NCBI RefSeq assembly: GCF_018350175.1
Contig: NC_058368.1
Coordinates: 17,300,001-17,364,000, forward strand
DNA: 64,000 nt
Source of the DNA: Felis catus
Lineage: Eukaryota
Direction of reading: 5' to 3'
The position numbers and the translations under genes were made by a program. How positions within the stretch are numbered: the first letter of the stretch is position 1; each line of letters starts with the position of its first letter. Under the pieces are notes generated by a model that saw only the letters and a program-made list of their open reading frames with translations, had not been told where the DNA came from and searched no databases. This document shows, piece by piece, positions 10,370-23,071 of this stretch.

Positions 10370-13300
10370 TGTCTGGCAATTTCTTATCTTTACATCCTAC
10401 AGAAAAACGTGAACTAATCCATGCTTGAGCTTCATTCCCTGTAGTTCATGTGACAGTTACCAAGATATCTGGGCTGCATTTAGGTTTTGGTTATGAAAGA
10501 TGAACTTATAGGTACCTTGCCTGAGAATAGCCTAAGAGACCACCATATATGACTGTGCATATCCAATAGAGGTCAACACGTGCTGTGTCTGTTTCTCTCC
10601 ACCTTTGGGTCTTTGGCACACTACCTCTCTTTCTGTACGTTTCTCTATATAGTCTCTGTATTTGTGAACCTGATACTTTGTCCTGTGCTGCCTCTTTTTC
10701 AGAATGTCTAAGGCAGTGGGAATGCAGTGGCATGTGGGGGGGGCGGGGGGTGGCTGTACAGATGGAAGGAAGAAAATGATATATCAATGATCAAAAGTCA
10801 CTATCGGACAAAAACAACCATTGGAATTATTAAATAGTCGACAAAAGTATAAAATCTATTGACCATTTTTCTGGGTCTGTCTCTCAGTTTTTCAGGAGCT
10901 CCGTGAGTCATACTAAGGCACAGCTGCCTTTAAGGTCCAGATTCTTCATCCCTGGGGTGGCCGGTCAGGCAGGATTGCCTCGAGGCAGGATTACACCCTT
11001 GGGGCAGATTTTAAAGCATGGAGATCACTTCCTCTTTTTCTTTACTATCCAATCACTTATACAAGAAGGCAAGGAAGTGAGTATTTAGTAAATGTCCCTA
11101 ACTCCTACCAAACTGAATTCCCTGAAGTTTCCTTCTCACTGGATTTCTTATCTCCGTTCTTAGACTTAATCTTCCAGGAGCACCTTCCCCCAATCTCTGT
11201 GAATGTCCAAATACCACCCTGTACTTAAGGCCCCATTTAAACACTATTTCTTTTATGAACTTGTCTTTGATGCCCTCAGGTGAAAGCAGTCCTTCTCTCT
11301 GTGATCTCCCACAGCTCATTATCAGTGCCTCTCCCACAGCATTTATCAATCTTCAGCATATACACTTATCTATGTATTTATGCCATCTCCCATACTTGAA
11401 TATCAGCTCCTGGGGGACTGCAGAGGGTGTGTTTCAAAGCCAAGTTGACTGCAGCTTTACCTCCAGGGTTTGCAGTAAACTGTGAAATCCACCTGACTAA
11501 AGGCTGGAGGACAGGGCTCCGGAAGCTCTCAAAGTTTCTCGTATGGAAGATTCTAAGGCAAAGTAAAGTTTAAAAGGTCATCCTAGCACAGAAATGAAAC
11601 ACAATAAATGCCTTATTTCAGTTTTAGTTTTTGATTTTCACTACAATGAATAACATAGATGTTGATGATAGCTGCATTGGTTGTTAACCACTGTTCTTGC
11701 CTTCTAAGAGAACAAGACTGCTTAAAAACCAAATTATCTAATTTTCGTAGTAAATTAGGTAATATTGTTGCCTTACTCTTTTCTAATATAAATGTCTATT
11801 TCTATTGCTGCTTTAAAGGACAATATCCAACTTTTAAAAATGGATTTGATTTTCAGTTCAGCTTTCAGTCTGAACCTTATTGAGGGCAAATGAAATTTTA
11901 GCAAGCTAGAAAAATCTAGCCAATAGAATTAGGTTCTATCAGTAATTAACTTTTGTCCAAGGAAAATATTTGTTAAAATATGTTTGAAAAAAAAAATCAA
12001 AGCTAAATGGGCACTTAGAAATTACCCTGATCAAGACAAGTCAGAGGTGTGAATAGTTTTATATTGAAGATGTATACTTTGTCTTTAGAAAAACCAGGCA
12101 GCTCTATGTTCTTAGGGAGGGCTAATTGAAGGTTGCAATTCTTTGTTATTCTAAAAAAAAAAAAAAAAAAAAACCTCTTGTGTTCCCATTGAAAAAGAAA
12201 ATGAAGAACCCTAAAGACCAGCTGGAAAAGTTCAAAAGAGGTCTTTTCATCAAACCCTTAATGGCTTTAGTGTCAGGGTTTGGGGACAAAGCCTATGGGA
12301 GTGTGGTTATCAGCTGGCAGGCACCTGTTGTATGGATTTATGACACAGTTAGGGACTTTAGCTTGTCTCCAGTGACACGCTGAGACTCATTCTTTGTGCA
12401 TCACAGATGACAGAGTCTGTTTTAGGAGCTGAAATAAGTAGCAAAATAATAAATTAAAATCAGAAATAAAAGTAAAATTAAATAGTAAAATAAGTAATAA
12501 GTGAAATTGAAGTGAAAAATTGTCAGTTTAAGTTAATTTCACATTCAGTAAGCAGCAGCTATTGGTATGAAAAGTATTAACATTTATTTCCCATATAGTA
12601 AGGTGCTAGAGGAGTTTATGTGGCATGTGATGAATGAATATATGTTGGGTCTTTTCATTCTTTGGATAAAATACAGAGTTCAGTTGTGCAAGGTCAGTTT
12701 TAATAAAAAGAATTACAGTAAACGGCAGCTTAGTTCCTCAGATCCCTGTACCTCTCCTGCATGAGAAGTAGTGCCTAAGGTTTTACAAATTCCAAAATGC
12801 AGTAGGATTCATATGCACAAAAATCAGAGGTTATGTAGCATTTAATTTATTCAGCATTAAGCTTTATACACTTAACTTCCTATTCTCTAGCAAGATATCT
12901 ACTTAGAAAGCCCAGATTTAGAGTGAAAGCTAAGCATCTAAAACAATTACCTTAGACCATGTCACTGTCTCACAAAGCCAAGTTTCTCGGTACTGTTTCT
13001 GAATTTTATTTCAAACAAAATCTCAAAGCCGCAGACATATGAAATCCTGGCAAACTTGTTCAGCTGTGTGTCACCTGAAACCCTTGATTAACCAGTAACC
13101 TGGCACCTTCATCTTTCCGGAACATAAGCACCAACCCAATAATAAGTTTTATAAATTTGTAAGGAGAGATGAAGTTACCTGTTCCTAAGACCGTCCAAGC
13201 TATTTCATAATGCAATGGAAGGGTTAAACGGGCCTGGAGTCATCAGTAACCCCTGGAGGTGTCATTGAGATAAATACAAATCCCAGCGATTCACATTCAT

Positions 13301-14246
13301 GGGTAATCATTTAAAGCCTTTACACAGTGTTTAAGAATAGAAGTAGGCAGATCATTTCAGAAAGGGCGTTATTAAAAACAATTCCTTTTTTTGTAATATA
13401 AGAAAAAGACTCAGTACTGAAAGAGTTATGTTACATTTGTGCAGGACATGGATATTGCCTGAGAAGTGAAGCACTACTGAATTTCTTTCAACGGAGACGT
13501 TAGAGTGTCTTAATTCATTTAGTAGGTGTTTCTGTCACAGTTAAGCACAATGGGCTGGATCATGTGTTGCAATCAGGACAGACCAAATGAACAGACACAA
13601 AAGTAGACATATATAGGATATGAGGTTATGGAAAGCACTGTGGAGAAAAATTAATCAGAATAAAGGGCCTAGAGCATGCTGCGGTTTGCACTAGGGCTCA
13701 CTGTTTTATACAGAGTGTGAAGGGAAGGCCTCCTTGACTCAGTATTCTTAAAACATGTAATATTTAGAAGTGTGATGTTTTCTGGAATATTTAAGGAGAG
13801 GATTAGAATCAGATCTCACAATTAGCTAAAAAGTGCCAAAAAATTTAGAGAAATAGAGAAACTGTGTTTAGTGATGTCTTCTTGGATATAGGGGAAAGAG
13901 ATAGGAATAAAATATTCAGAACTGTCGACTAAAATTCATTTGTTGAGCACAAGAGTTACTAAAGAGGTCAGGTGTTATTAGTTACAAGTCAAAACTGAAG
14001 TATGTGCTTTGTGTAAGCTGAAAACTCTTATGAATAAAAAAGGAATAAAACAAGCAGGAGTCACAAATTAGCCACTCTAGTCCTAAAAATCATACTTATG
14101 ACACAGATTTCTTCAATCCTCATTGTGTTGCAGACACTACTTGGAACTTGGAGACTAGGATGAATTTGACCAGCACCTGTCCCGAGGAGGTCAGACAGTT
14201 AGAAGAAGCACACACAAGCATGCAGATAAATAATTACAATTATTGT

Positions 14247-14488
14247 GGGGCACCCAAGTGGCTCAGTTGGTTAAGTGTCGGACTCTTGGTTTCCACTTAG
14301 GTCACGATCTCAAGGTTTTGTGGGTTTGGGGCTCCTGGGTGTCTCAGTCGGTTAAGCGTCCGACTTCGGCTCAGATCATGATCTCACGGTTTGTGAGTTT
14401 GAGCCCTGCATTGGGCTCTGTGTTGACAGCTCAGAGCCTGGAGCCTGCTTCAGATTCTGTGTCTCCCTCTCTGCACCCCCCCCCCCCC
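14247..14488 (+). mobile_element. Composite of two 3'-truncated CanSINEs (heads at 14247 and 14328)
   Basis: An Fc2-like 5' half runs directly into an Fc-like element that ends at a poly-C run with no A tail. Confidence 0.85.
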
Positions 14489-15264
14489 GGCTTTGTTCAG
14501 AAAACACTGAGAAGTTGGGTGTGCCTGGATGTTTCTGTATAGAAGGCTGGAGATGTTAGGATGAAGAAGGAATGGCTTGGTAGAGCCTGACAAGAAGTAC
14601 AAGAAGTTTGGAATAAAATCTGGCCCGTGACGGAGCCACAATGTAAATGAGAAGGAAGAGAGAAGTGTGGCACAAAGATGTTTTCCTGTAATAATTAGTT
14701 GAAAGATCAGAAATATTTTATGTGTTAGTGCAAGTGATCAAATGTTATTCTAGTCTTATCTGTTACATTCTATGAGAAATGTTCCAAGTAACAGAACACA
14801 AACACAAGAGCTTAAAAAATCTTTAAATATCTTTAAAGGCAATAAAACCAAGGGTTGGCAATAGTAAAAGAATGAATGGCCACTCTGACTCCCCGACAAA
14901 AATTAGTATAATGTAGTACAATTATTTAATTTGTACAATTAAGCAAGATGAGGGGATGCCTGCTAACGTGCAAAACCGCAGAGGAATCTGTGAGTGAATC
15001 ACACCCAGATGAGAGGCTGGAGTCGGCGCCGGAGAGGCTTCATGAAGGAGGTGGTTAAGGGAGACTTCGAGGAGTGGAAAATGTGAGCAGAAGAATGATG
15101 GGCCATCATTTTAGGCCAGAGGACAGAGGGGACAGGAGGAGTGGCTGAGGCTGGCAAATCCATGGGGCAGCGGGCTCTTGGCTGGATCTGGGAGTGAGCG
15201 AGTGCATCAGGGATAAGACAGGGTAGGTCAAGGCCAAACTGGAAATCCGCAAGGAAGGCCTGCC

Positions 15265-15505
15265 TTGACGCCTGCGGCAGCTGGCGGGAACCAGGCAGAG
15301 GGGAGCCAGGCGCAAGGGGACTTCGGACGGATTACCGGGAGTCCGGCAGGGGGCGCGTGGGGGCTGGATGTGAGCATGCGCGGTGGGGGGGGGGGGGGGG
15401 ACCAGCGAGCTAACTTTTGTGGGATGATGCAATCGATGCGCCACAGCGTGCCGCGCGCCTGCGTGGGTCATCTCCCTTCGTTCTCACGCCGGACGCAGGC
15501 GTTAA
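15265..15505. promoter_or_regulatory. Small intronic CpG-rich patch with a G16 run
   Basis: About 25 CpG in about 240 bp against an AT-rich, CpG-poor background; G16 at 15385-15400. Regulatory function is not shown. Confidence 0.45.
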
Positions 15506-17286
15506 TATTACCTTCCCTTGACTCCCCACATGAGGAAGCAGAGGTCTAGGGAAGAAATTTGCTGAAAGTCAGCAGATGAAAAACGAAGTAGGCCTTACAC
15601 TTCAGGCCCCAGCCGTGGGCTCTCCTCGCGAAGACGGCACCGTGTGCAGGAGATGGTAGGCATGATACGTTCCTAAGGACAAAATGGATGAACTTCCTGC
15701 CCTCTGATCTATTTATATTTGTAAAAATTAACCAAAACATGGAAAGGTCCATAGTCCTGTCCATGTAACACACGAAGGAGGTCCACATCTGTGATGCCTC
15801 ATTTTACGTAGCTTCGACATTCACAGCTTCAACGCCTTGCGTTTCTGTCTTTAGGTGTTTTAAGTTTTCCACTAAGAATGTCACATTTATTGTTCAATGG
15901 CCCAATAGTATCTCATTGATTTGATGCACCCCCAAAACTCAAAAGTTGTTTTGGTTTGGGTGCCTATTATAGAAAATATTGAAATGAAGGATTCCTTACA
16001 AATATCTTTTTGCTTCTCTTGAAGCAAGAATTCACAGAAGGACTTACAAGATCAAACGGTACGAACCGAACAGCTTTTTGTCTCTTGCCTGCATTTTGCC
16101 ATGTAGCTGCCTGAAAGGCTCGTGCTAATTTACAATTCAAACAGCAATAAACAGCAAAACCAATTTCCCTATATAATCTCTGCTGCACTTGGTATTTTCT
16201 CTTTCGTCTTCAGTACATGTTGGTTGATAACTCAAAGTCACTGCAACTTTTCTTCTTAAAAATTTCTGGCAGAGATGGACGTTTTTTCATGTGCTTGTTC
16301 AGTCGCTATGTTTCTCCTTGTGCAGATTTTTTGCCCTCCGTCTATTGAAATCATGATGTTTTCCTGTTTCGTTTCTCCTTCTCTAGAGTAGCTCTCTCTA
16401 CGTGAACTCAGAAAAGAAGAAATTAGAATTAAAATGGTGCCTCTAGCTGTGTTTGTTACTTGGGCTTTTTTTCCACCCTCTTCCAGAAAGACTTAAAAGA
16501 AATTACCAATGCCTTTGTTTATAAACTTCACTTTACTCTGAAATAATTGGTGTAGATCAAAGGAAATGGAAGGATACTGCAGAGTGATCAGCTGATAACC
16601 ATTTCTCCTTTCATTTTCCTTGCCTAGAGCTTTCACATTAGAGAGATCACACACAGTTTGTTTTCTCCTGATAGGCAGCCAGCTCCATTTTGGTGGGGAG
16701 GTGGGAGGAGAGAGCCTTATCTTGAGAACAGAATGGAATCAATGAAAAGAGCTGTCTGTTTGCTCTAAAGAATGGAGTGGAGTATAGTGGGGAAGGGAGG
16801 CGGAGAAGGGATATTTGTTTTTTCTTAAGTGGTTATAATTAAAGCCTTCCATCCAATTGCTCGGTGAACCAGAAAGAGGTATTTGTGAAGTTGTATGTGT
16901 GTTTTTAACATCCAAATGAGCCTTGAAGCCTTCTTTATAGAAGGAAACTTGCTCTCCAGCGGCACCTTGTGGAACGTGGGTCGTCCTGCAACTTGGATAG
17001 TTGTACGTTTAAAGAAAATTGCTGCTAGTAGTTGTGTGGTTCTTCCCCATTACCCACTTTGCCTTCTAAAGATCAAGGGATTTTGTGAAGGATGTCAGCT
17101 ATTGAATGTCTGTACAACAATCGCTGAACAGTAAGCTGGTCTCCAGGTATGTATTATGGAGTTGCATGTCAAACCAAGTGGTTATAATGATTCTTAATGT
17201 TGTATCATCCAAATACTCTGTGGAAATTTTAGGGCCATTCATTCAAGAAAGTACTAATTTGGGGGCTTTAAATTTTTGTTTTCTAG

Positions 17287-17433
17287 GTGGAAACAAATTA
17301 ACCAAACAGCATTTTCGTCTGAATTGGGCATGGATCTCGTTTGAAAAGGAATATTACCTGATCAATGAGGATTCCAAATTTCTAGATGTCGTTCTTAAAC
17401 GCAGAGGTTACTTGGGAGAGACTTCATTTATAA
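17287..17433 (+). CDS. FREM2: FREM2 internal exon (probably exon 3), 147 nt, phase 1-1; linker plus N-terminal part of Calx-beta 1
   Basis: Acceptor ttttgttttctag|GTGGA and donor ATAA|gtaagt. Peptide [49 protein letters not shown](S), inside ORF 17106..17480. Confidence 0.95.
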
Positions 17434-18330
17434 GTAAGTTTAATCGACATTTCTGTTCCCAAATCCCCCTTTGTTCCTAGCAAATGTCCATAATTTTACA
17501 ATGATTAAAATATGTTTAGTTTACTGCTCTAGTTTTAAAGTTTAAGGAGATGTTGACATTTAAAGGTTCTTTGACTGCTTCAGAAACATGCCAAGAGTTT
17601 TGTGTCAAAGCTAAATCATAGAGACAAAGGCTATAAAAATAGGAAATGTGTAACCGAATATATATATACCTCTTCAAACCTTCTACCTACATATGATCTT
17701 TCTCTGATATAAATAACTTCATAAAAATGGCGGTAATCGCTCATAGGTTAAAATTTTTTAAATATCAATAGATCTTAGAAGAGGTTTAGGGGAATGTGTA
17801 ATCTAACCATAGTACAAAACTCTGCAGAAATGCCAGTGTAAAATATATAGGAGGGCAACTTTAATAATAAGGGGTGAAAAACTATTCAGTAATCTATTAG
17901 ACATTGATGTGTAATTTACTATTTGTTGCATTTGAATGCTCTGGTAGGTCACAAAAAGTCCAAGACCCCCGACTCTACATAAAAGCTCTACTTAAAAGGT
18001 GCACATTGTGACTTTTCTTCAGAACCAATGCTCAGGCGTTAAATATAATCATTTTCTGCTGCTTTACTCTTTGAAATAAAACTGAAAGTCAAAAGCAAAG
18101 ACTAAAGCCTTTTTACAAGTCCAGTTCAAACTAACATATAACATCTAGGCTGATAGAATTTTCATGAGGTAAAAGAGCTTTCACTGAGTGAGAATATCAG
18201 CTAAGATAGGAATCTAGGAAAATGTTGGCAATGAAAAATAAAAGCTTGCTAATCCTGTGTTTGTCTGCAAAACAATTACTTGAAATTTTACTGGCCCATG
18301 AAATTCAAAAGGCATTAAAGAGTAGGTCCC

Positions 18331-18333
<3 letters not shown>

Positions 18334-18367
<34 letters not shown>

Positions 18368-18388
18368 ACACACACATACCACACACAA
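18334..18388. repeat. (CA)n microsatellite
   Basis: About 16 pure units plus a degenerate extension. Confidence 0.95.
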
Positions 18389-18473
18389 TACCTTTGCCAC
18401 AGCCACAATCTGCCCCCACCAGGCTCCCCCCTGATATTTGGATGCTGGGTATTAATTACTCCTTATTTTTAAA

Positions 18474-18689
18474 AAAATTTTTTTTTCAACGTTAATTTAT
18501 TTTTGGGACAGAGAGAGACAGAGCATGGACGGGGAAGGGGCAGAGAGAGAGGGAGACACAGAATCAGAAACAGGCTCCAGGCTCCCAGCCATCAGCCCAG
18601 AGCCTGACGCGGGGCTCGAACTCACGGACCGCGAGATCATGACCTGGCTGAAGTCGGACGCTTAACCGACTGTGCCACCCAGGCGCCCC
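18474..18689 (-). mobile_element. CanSINE, young felid-type subfamily
   Basis: Diagnostic tttgggacag, gaaacaggc, gccatcagcccag, cacggaccgcgag and gacctggctgaag; TSD attactccttatttttaaa at 18455 and 18691. Confidence 0.95.
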
Positions 18690-18723
18690 TATTACTCCTT
18701 ATTTTTAAAGTGCTTTTTGTTTT

Positions 18724-18941
18724 GGGGGCACCTGGGTGGCTCTGTCGGTTGAGTGTCTGGCTTCAGGTCATGATCTCATGGGCCGTGAGTTTGAGCCCCG
18801 TATTCAACTCTCTGCTATCACCACAGAGCCCACTTTGGATCCTCTGTCTCCTTCTCTCTGCCCCTCCCCTGCTCATACTCACTCTCTCTCTCTCTGTGTG
18901 TGTGTCTCTCAAAAATAAATAAACAATAAAATTTTTTTTTT
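18724..18941 (+). mobile_element. CanSINE
   Basis: Full length; TSD aagtgctttttgtttt at 18708 and 18942. Confidence 0.93.
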
Positions 18942-19066
18942 AAGTGCTTTTTGTTTTTTAAGCATGTAAGAGGGATTTTCACACCACTCTCTGCTGACCC
19001 CGTCAGGTTATTGGCTCCAGGGTAGCTGGTCCACCTGCGGACCTTGTGCTGCTCTGTTTCCGTCTT

Positions 19067-19316
19067 TTTTTTTTCAATTTTTTTTAATGTTTATTTATTT
19101 TTGACAGAGAGAGAGAGAGAGAGAGAGAGAGCGCGCGCGCGCGCGCGCGCGCATGAGCGGGGGAGGGGCAGAGAGAGAGGGAGGCACAGAATCCCAAACA
19201 GGCTCCAGGCTCACCTGTCAGCACAGAGCCCAACACGGGGCTCGAACTCACAGATCGTGAGATCATGACCTGAGCCGAAGTCAGATGTTCAAACGACTGA
19301 GCCACCCAGGCGCCCC
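19067..19316 (-). mobile_element. CanSINE (SINEC_Fc-like) containing (GA)n(GC)11
   Basis: Full length; TSD gctctg(t/c)ttccgtctt at 19051 and 19340. Confidence 0.95.
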
Positions 19317-21134
19317 CCCCCCCTTTTTTTTCATGTTTTGCTCTGCTTCCGTCTTGATTTGCACATGCCTCCTCTTGGCTGCCATTTACACTCTCTTTGT
19401 CTAACCTTCTAAAGCATAGTGAATGCTCTTGGTGCTCTCTCTCTTTGGAAGCATGTTTTCTTTGCACACACACGCGTGCTCTGCAGATCAGGAATCTGAT
19501 CCTGTCTTACTTATTGTCCGTGAGAGATTAGCCTTAACTGGACTTTGTGCTTGAAAGTATGCGGGAAATAATAACTGAGACACAGAGAACCTCAGCAATT
19601 CTTAAGGATGCCTTTATCTATCTGCATTTTGCCAGAATTCCTGGTGGGTATGTTTAATTACTCACTTCCACTGAAAGTAATGGGAAAGTTAATGGTTGAA
19701 AGATATTTTTAAAGCTATCTTTTCGCATTTTTCTCTTCATTTTCTTTTTTAAAGCCGAATCCTAAAATGTCAAACAAGGGCTGTTTTTTTCTCCTAGCAT
19801 TATTTTTTCAGCGAACTATGATTTCCTGCATGTGGAGATGAGCACCAGCCATTCTACAAAGGTTCTTTAGCTCTACTTGGTTAACCTCACACGTTACTTA
19901 GTAACCTGGGGAGATAGGAAGTTGGAAAGACTTCTGTGTGTGGCCCACACCCATCAATCATTGAAGAGATAATAGACTTCAAGCTGGGAGGGAGAATGGA
20001 AGTCAGATTAAAGAGGAGGGAAGCCTGGAAGAAGTTCTACAATGAATGTGTTTCATGTTACTGTTTCCTGAAACCTCCACTGTCACTTACAAGCTTCTAG
20101 AATTAGATCGTTTGCATGATATCTAGAGGCAGACTATCACTTAAGTTCAGGAGGCCATGGATCACATGAAATTTATATGTGTTTTCTCAGAGATGATTAT
20201 TAATTTTGTAACCAGTATAATCCATTAACAAATTAAATATGTGTTTGCATTTCATAAGAGTATTGGAATTTCAAAGATCTTACTGCTACCAGCTATTGTG
20301 AATTTACTAAATAAAAGATACTTCGTTAGGCACACTAAGTACGTTACCTTGGTCTTTTTCTCCTTACGACTTACTTCACTCGCTAATTCAACCTCACATT
20401 TTCTTGAGTGGCTTACTCAGTGCCGGCCACTGTGTTACATACTGGACTATGAAGTGACAATAATGATGGCTAAAATGTATTGAGTTCTTCTTATGTGCCA
20501 GCCCCAGTTCCCAATACCTTACATCGTCAACCCTGTGAGAGGAGTGTCATTATATCCCCCATGATGCAGGTAAAGAAACAGAGAGGTTGTCATCCTCCCA
20601 AAGCTACTAAGGAGCAGAGCTGAGATTTGGCCCCAGGGGTAACTTTCCTAACTACCACACTATGGTGCTTCTGAAATCCCCCATAACAGAGGAAGTTCAT
20701 TACCTGCCTGTGGTCCCATGGCCACCACGTGGCCAAGGTAGGATATGATCTGTTCTCTCATTCCAAAAGTGCCTTGCTTACCCTCCATGCCATTTTTCCA
20801 CACCAGAGGAAGAGCTGCAATTGTGGTTTTGCTTAGTAAATCAAAGGAATATGGTTTGTCTAATAATTAGTTCTCTTTGAAAAAATGAAAGCATAAACTT
20901 AAGCCCAATTTATAAGCTTTTTGAGTTCTAGAATTCTTTTTGCCCCATCTAATGATGTTATTTATAATAGGTATGATTTACCAGCTGAGTATTTGTATCT
21001 CCAATTAAGAGCATGTTTTCAACGTTGTGTGTACTTTGCTGTCTCATCTACCATGTTAGATTAAAGCGTGGACTAATCTGTGTCCTCCACAGTCTACACA
21101 CCATTTCTTCATCCTTTGTTAAAATGGGCACCTA

Positions 21135-21584
21135 GGGGGCGCCTGGGTGGCTCTGTCGGTTAAGCGTCCAACTTCAGCTCAGGTCATGATCTCGTGGTTC
21201 TTGAGTTCAAGCTCCGCCTCGGGCTCTGTGCTGACAGCTCAGAGCCTGGATCCTGCTTCAATTCTGTGTCTCCCTCTCTCTCTCTCTCCCTCCCCACTCA
21301 CACTCTGTCTCTCTCCCTCTCTCAAAAATAAATAACCATTAAAAAAAAAATTTTTTAGGGGTGCCTGGGTGGCTCAGTTGGTTAAGCGTCCAACTTCGGC
21401 TCAGGTCATGATCTCACAGTCCATGAATTCAAGCCCCGCATCAGGCTCTGTGCTGACAGCTCAGAGCCTGGAGCCTGCTTCAGATTCTGTGTCTCCCTCT
21501 CTCTCTGCCCCTCCCCTGCTCATGCTCTGTCTCTCTCTGTCTCAAAAATAAAAACATTAAAAAAATTTTTTCTTTAATTATAAA
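21135..21584 (+). mobile_element. Nested tandem CanSINE pair (heads at 21135 and 21358)
   Basis: Outer TSD aaaatgggcaccta at 21121 and 21585; the second element sits in the A tail of the first, flanked by aaaaaaatttttt. Confidence 0.93.
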
Positions 21585-21649
21585 AAAATGGGCACCTATG
21601 TAAAGGGCCCTATGGAGGTATGAAATATTTAGTATGTGTCCACCTACCC

Positions 21650-21785
21650 TCAGGTTTAATGCATCTAAGATTTACCTGGATCCTGCTAAAACGTTGATTC
21701 TGATTCAGTGGGTCTGGGGTAAGGCCTGGAATTCTGCATTTCTAACAAGCTTTCAGATGTTGTTTATGCTGCTGGTCCATGGATA
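21650..21785. mobile_element. MER5A-like hAT-Charlie relic
   Basis: gattctgattcagtgggtctggggtaaggcctggaattctgcatttctaacaagct...tgctgctggtcca matches the MER5A pattern. Confidence 0.8.
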
Positions 21786-22220
21786 GTAAGTAACTGTATC
21801 CTGTAGCAGGATAGACTAACACTACACTCAGAGTAGGTACTGTGTGTTAATTATAAAAAGGAAATCTTTATTTTTGACCCAAAGCAAGTTTAGTATTCCA
21901 TCTAAGTCTTATTTTACCCTCTAAAAATATGACACATCCTTAATTTTACCTCATGTTTGAGAGGTGTAAGTCTTTTTTCACAAAATAGACGTCCATTCCT
22001 CTTTGCTTGGCAAATCAACAATCTTGCCTATTTATAATTTACATCCAATCAGGAATGTTTTATAAAGTCCATCTAAAAAAATTATATGTGTTTTTAGCAG
22101 CAACCATGAAATTTGGTACGACAGTCTACATTTTATCAGGTTGGATAACTTGATTATCACTTAGTAAGGATGACTAGTTGGAACTAGTAGACATTCTTTG
22201 TATTATACTCATTCCTTTTT

Positions 22221-22422
22221 TTAAATATTCTTTTATTTACTTTTGAGAGAGAGAGTGCACATGGGAGAGGGACAGAGAGAGAAGGAGAGAGAGAATCCTA
22301 AGCAGGCTCCACACTATCAGTGCGGAGGTCGATGCGGGGCTTGAACCCACGAACAGGGAGATCATGACCTGAGCTGAAATCAAGAGTCCGAAGAGTCGGA
22401 CGCTTAACCGACTGAGCGGCCC
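22221..22422 (-). mobile_element. CanSINE (SINEC_Fc2-like), slightly 5'-truncated, with a 9-bp internal duplication
   Basis: TSD tatactcattccttttt at 22204 and 22423; internal aagagtccg/aagagtcgg. Confidence 0.92.
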
Positions 22423-22859
22423 TATACTCATTCCTTTTTATTTTTAAACTGCCTTTTGAATCTCTAAGAAAATAATGCATTGCTGGTGAAACAAAACAAA
22501 AGTGGTTATCAGAGAGCAAAGAGCAAATTCTTCTGCTGGCCCATGCCACTGTGGATAGATGGGTCAATGAGCAGCATGTGTGCTGGAACCTCACAGAGAA
22601 TGATTCCTCTCATCATCCATTACCTTGGCAGTGAATCATGGCGGACCCAAGAGGTGTTGACAACCTGTCTGTGTGCGTTAGGAACCAGAGAGCTAACGGG
22701 AAGTCTGCAACATTCAACAGGATACGTAGTGCTGGAATGCCTGGTTCTGTGCCCTTTTTCCTCCTGATATTAAAAAATCATGTTTTACCTACTATTGAAA
22801 AAAAATGAGATATTTTTATCTCAGTTGCTTCTAAGAGCTATAAGACAAAAATATTTTAT

Positions 22860-23071
22860 TAAAAAAATTTTTTTAACATTTATTTATCTTTGAGAGACAG
22901 AGAGAAACAAAGCAGGGGAGGGACAGAGAGAGGGAGACACAGAATCTGAAGCAGGCTCCAGGCTCTGAACTGTCAGCACAGAGCCCGATGCAGGGCTCAA
23001 ACCCAGGAACCGTGAGATCATGACCTGAACTAAAGTCAGACGCTTAACCGACTGAGCCACCCAGGGGCCCC
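22860..23071 (-). mobile_element. CanSINE (SINEC_Fc-like)
   Basis: Full length; TSD aagacaaaaatatttta. Confidence 0.95.

Noticed and set aside
15106..15549. Overlapping GC-rich ORFs on both strands
   Set aside because: Stop-codon scarcity from local GC richness; no recognisable protein. The CpG patch itself is reported as a finding.
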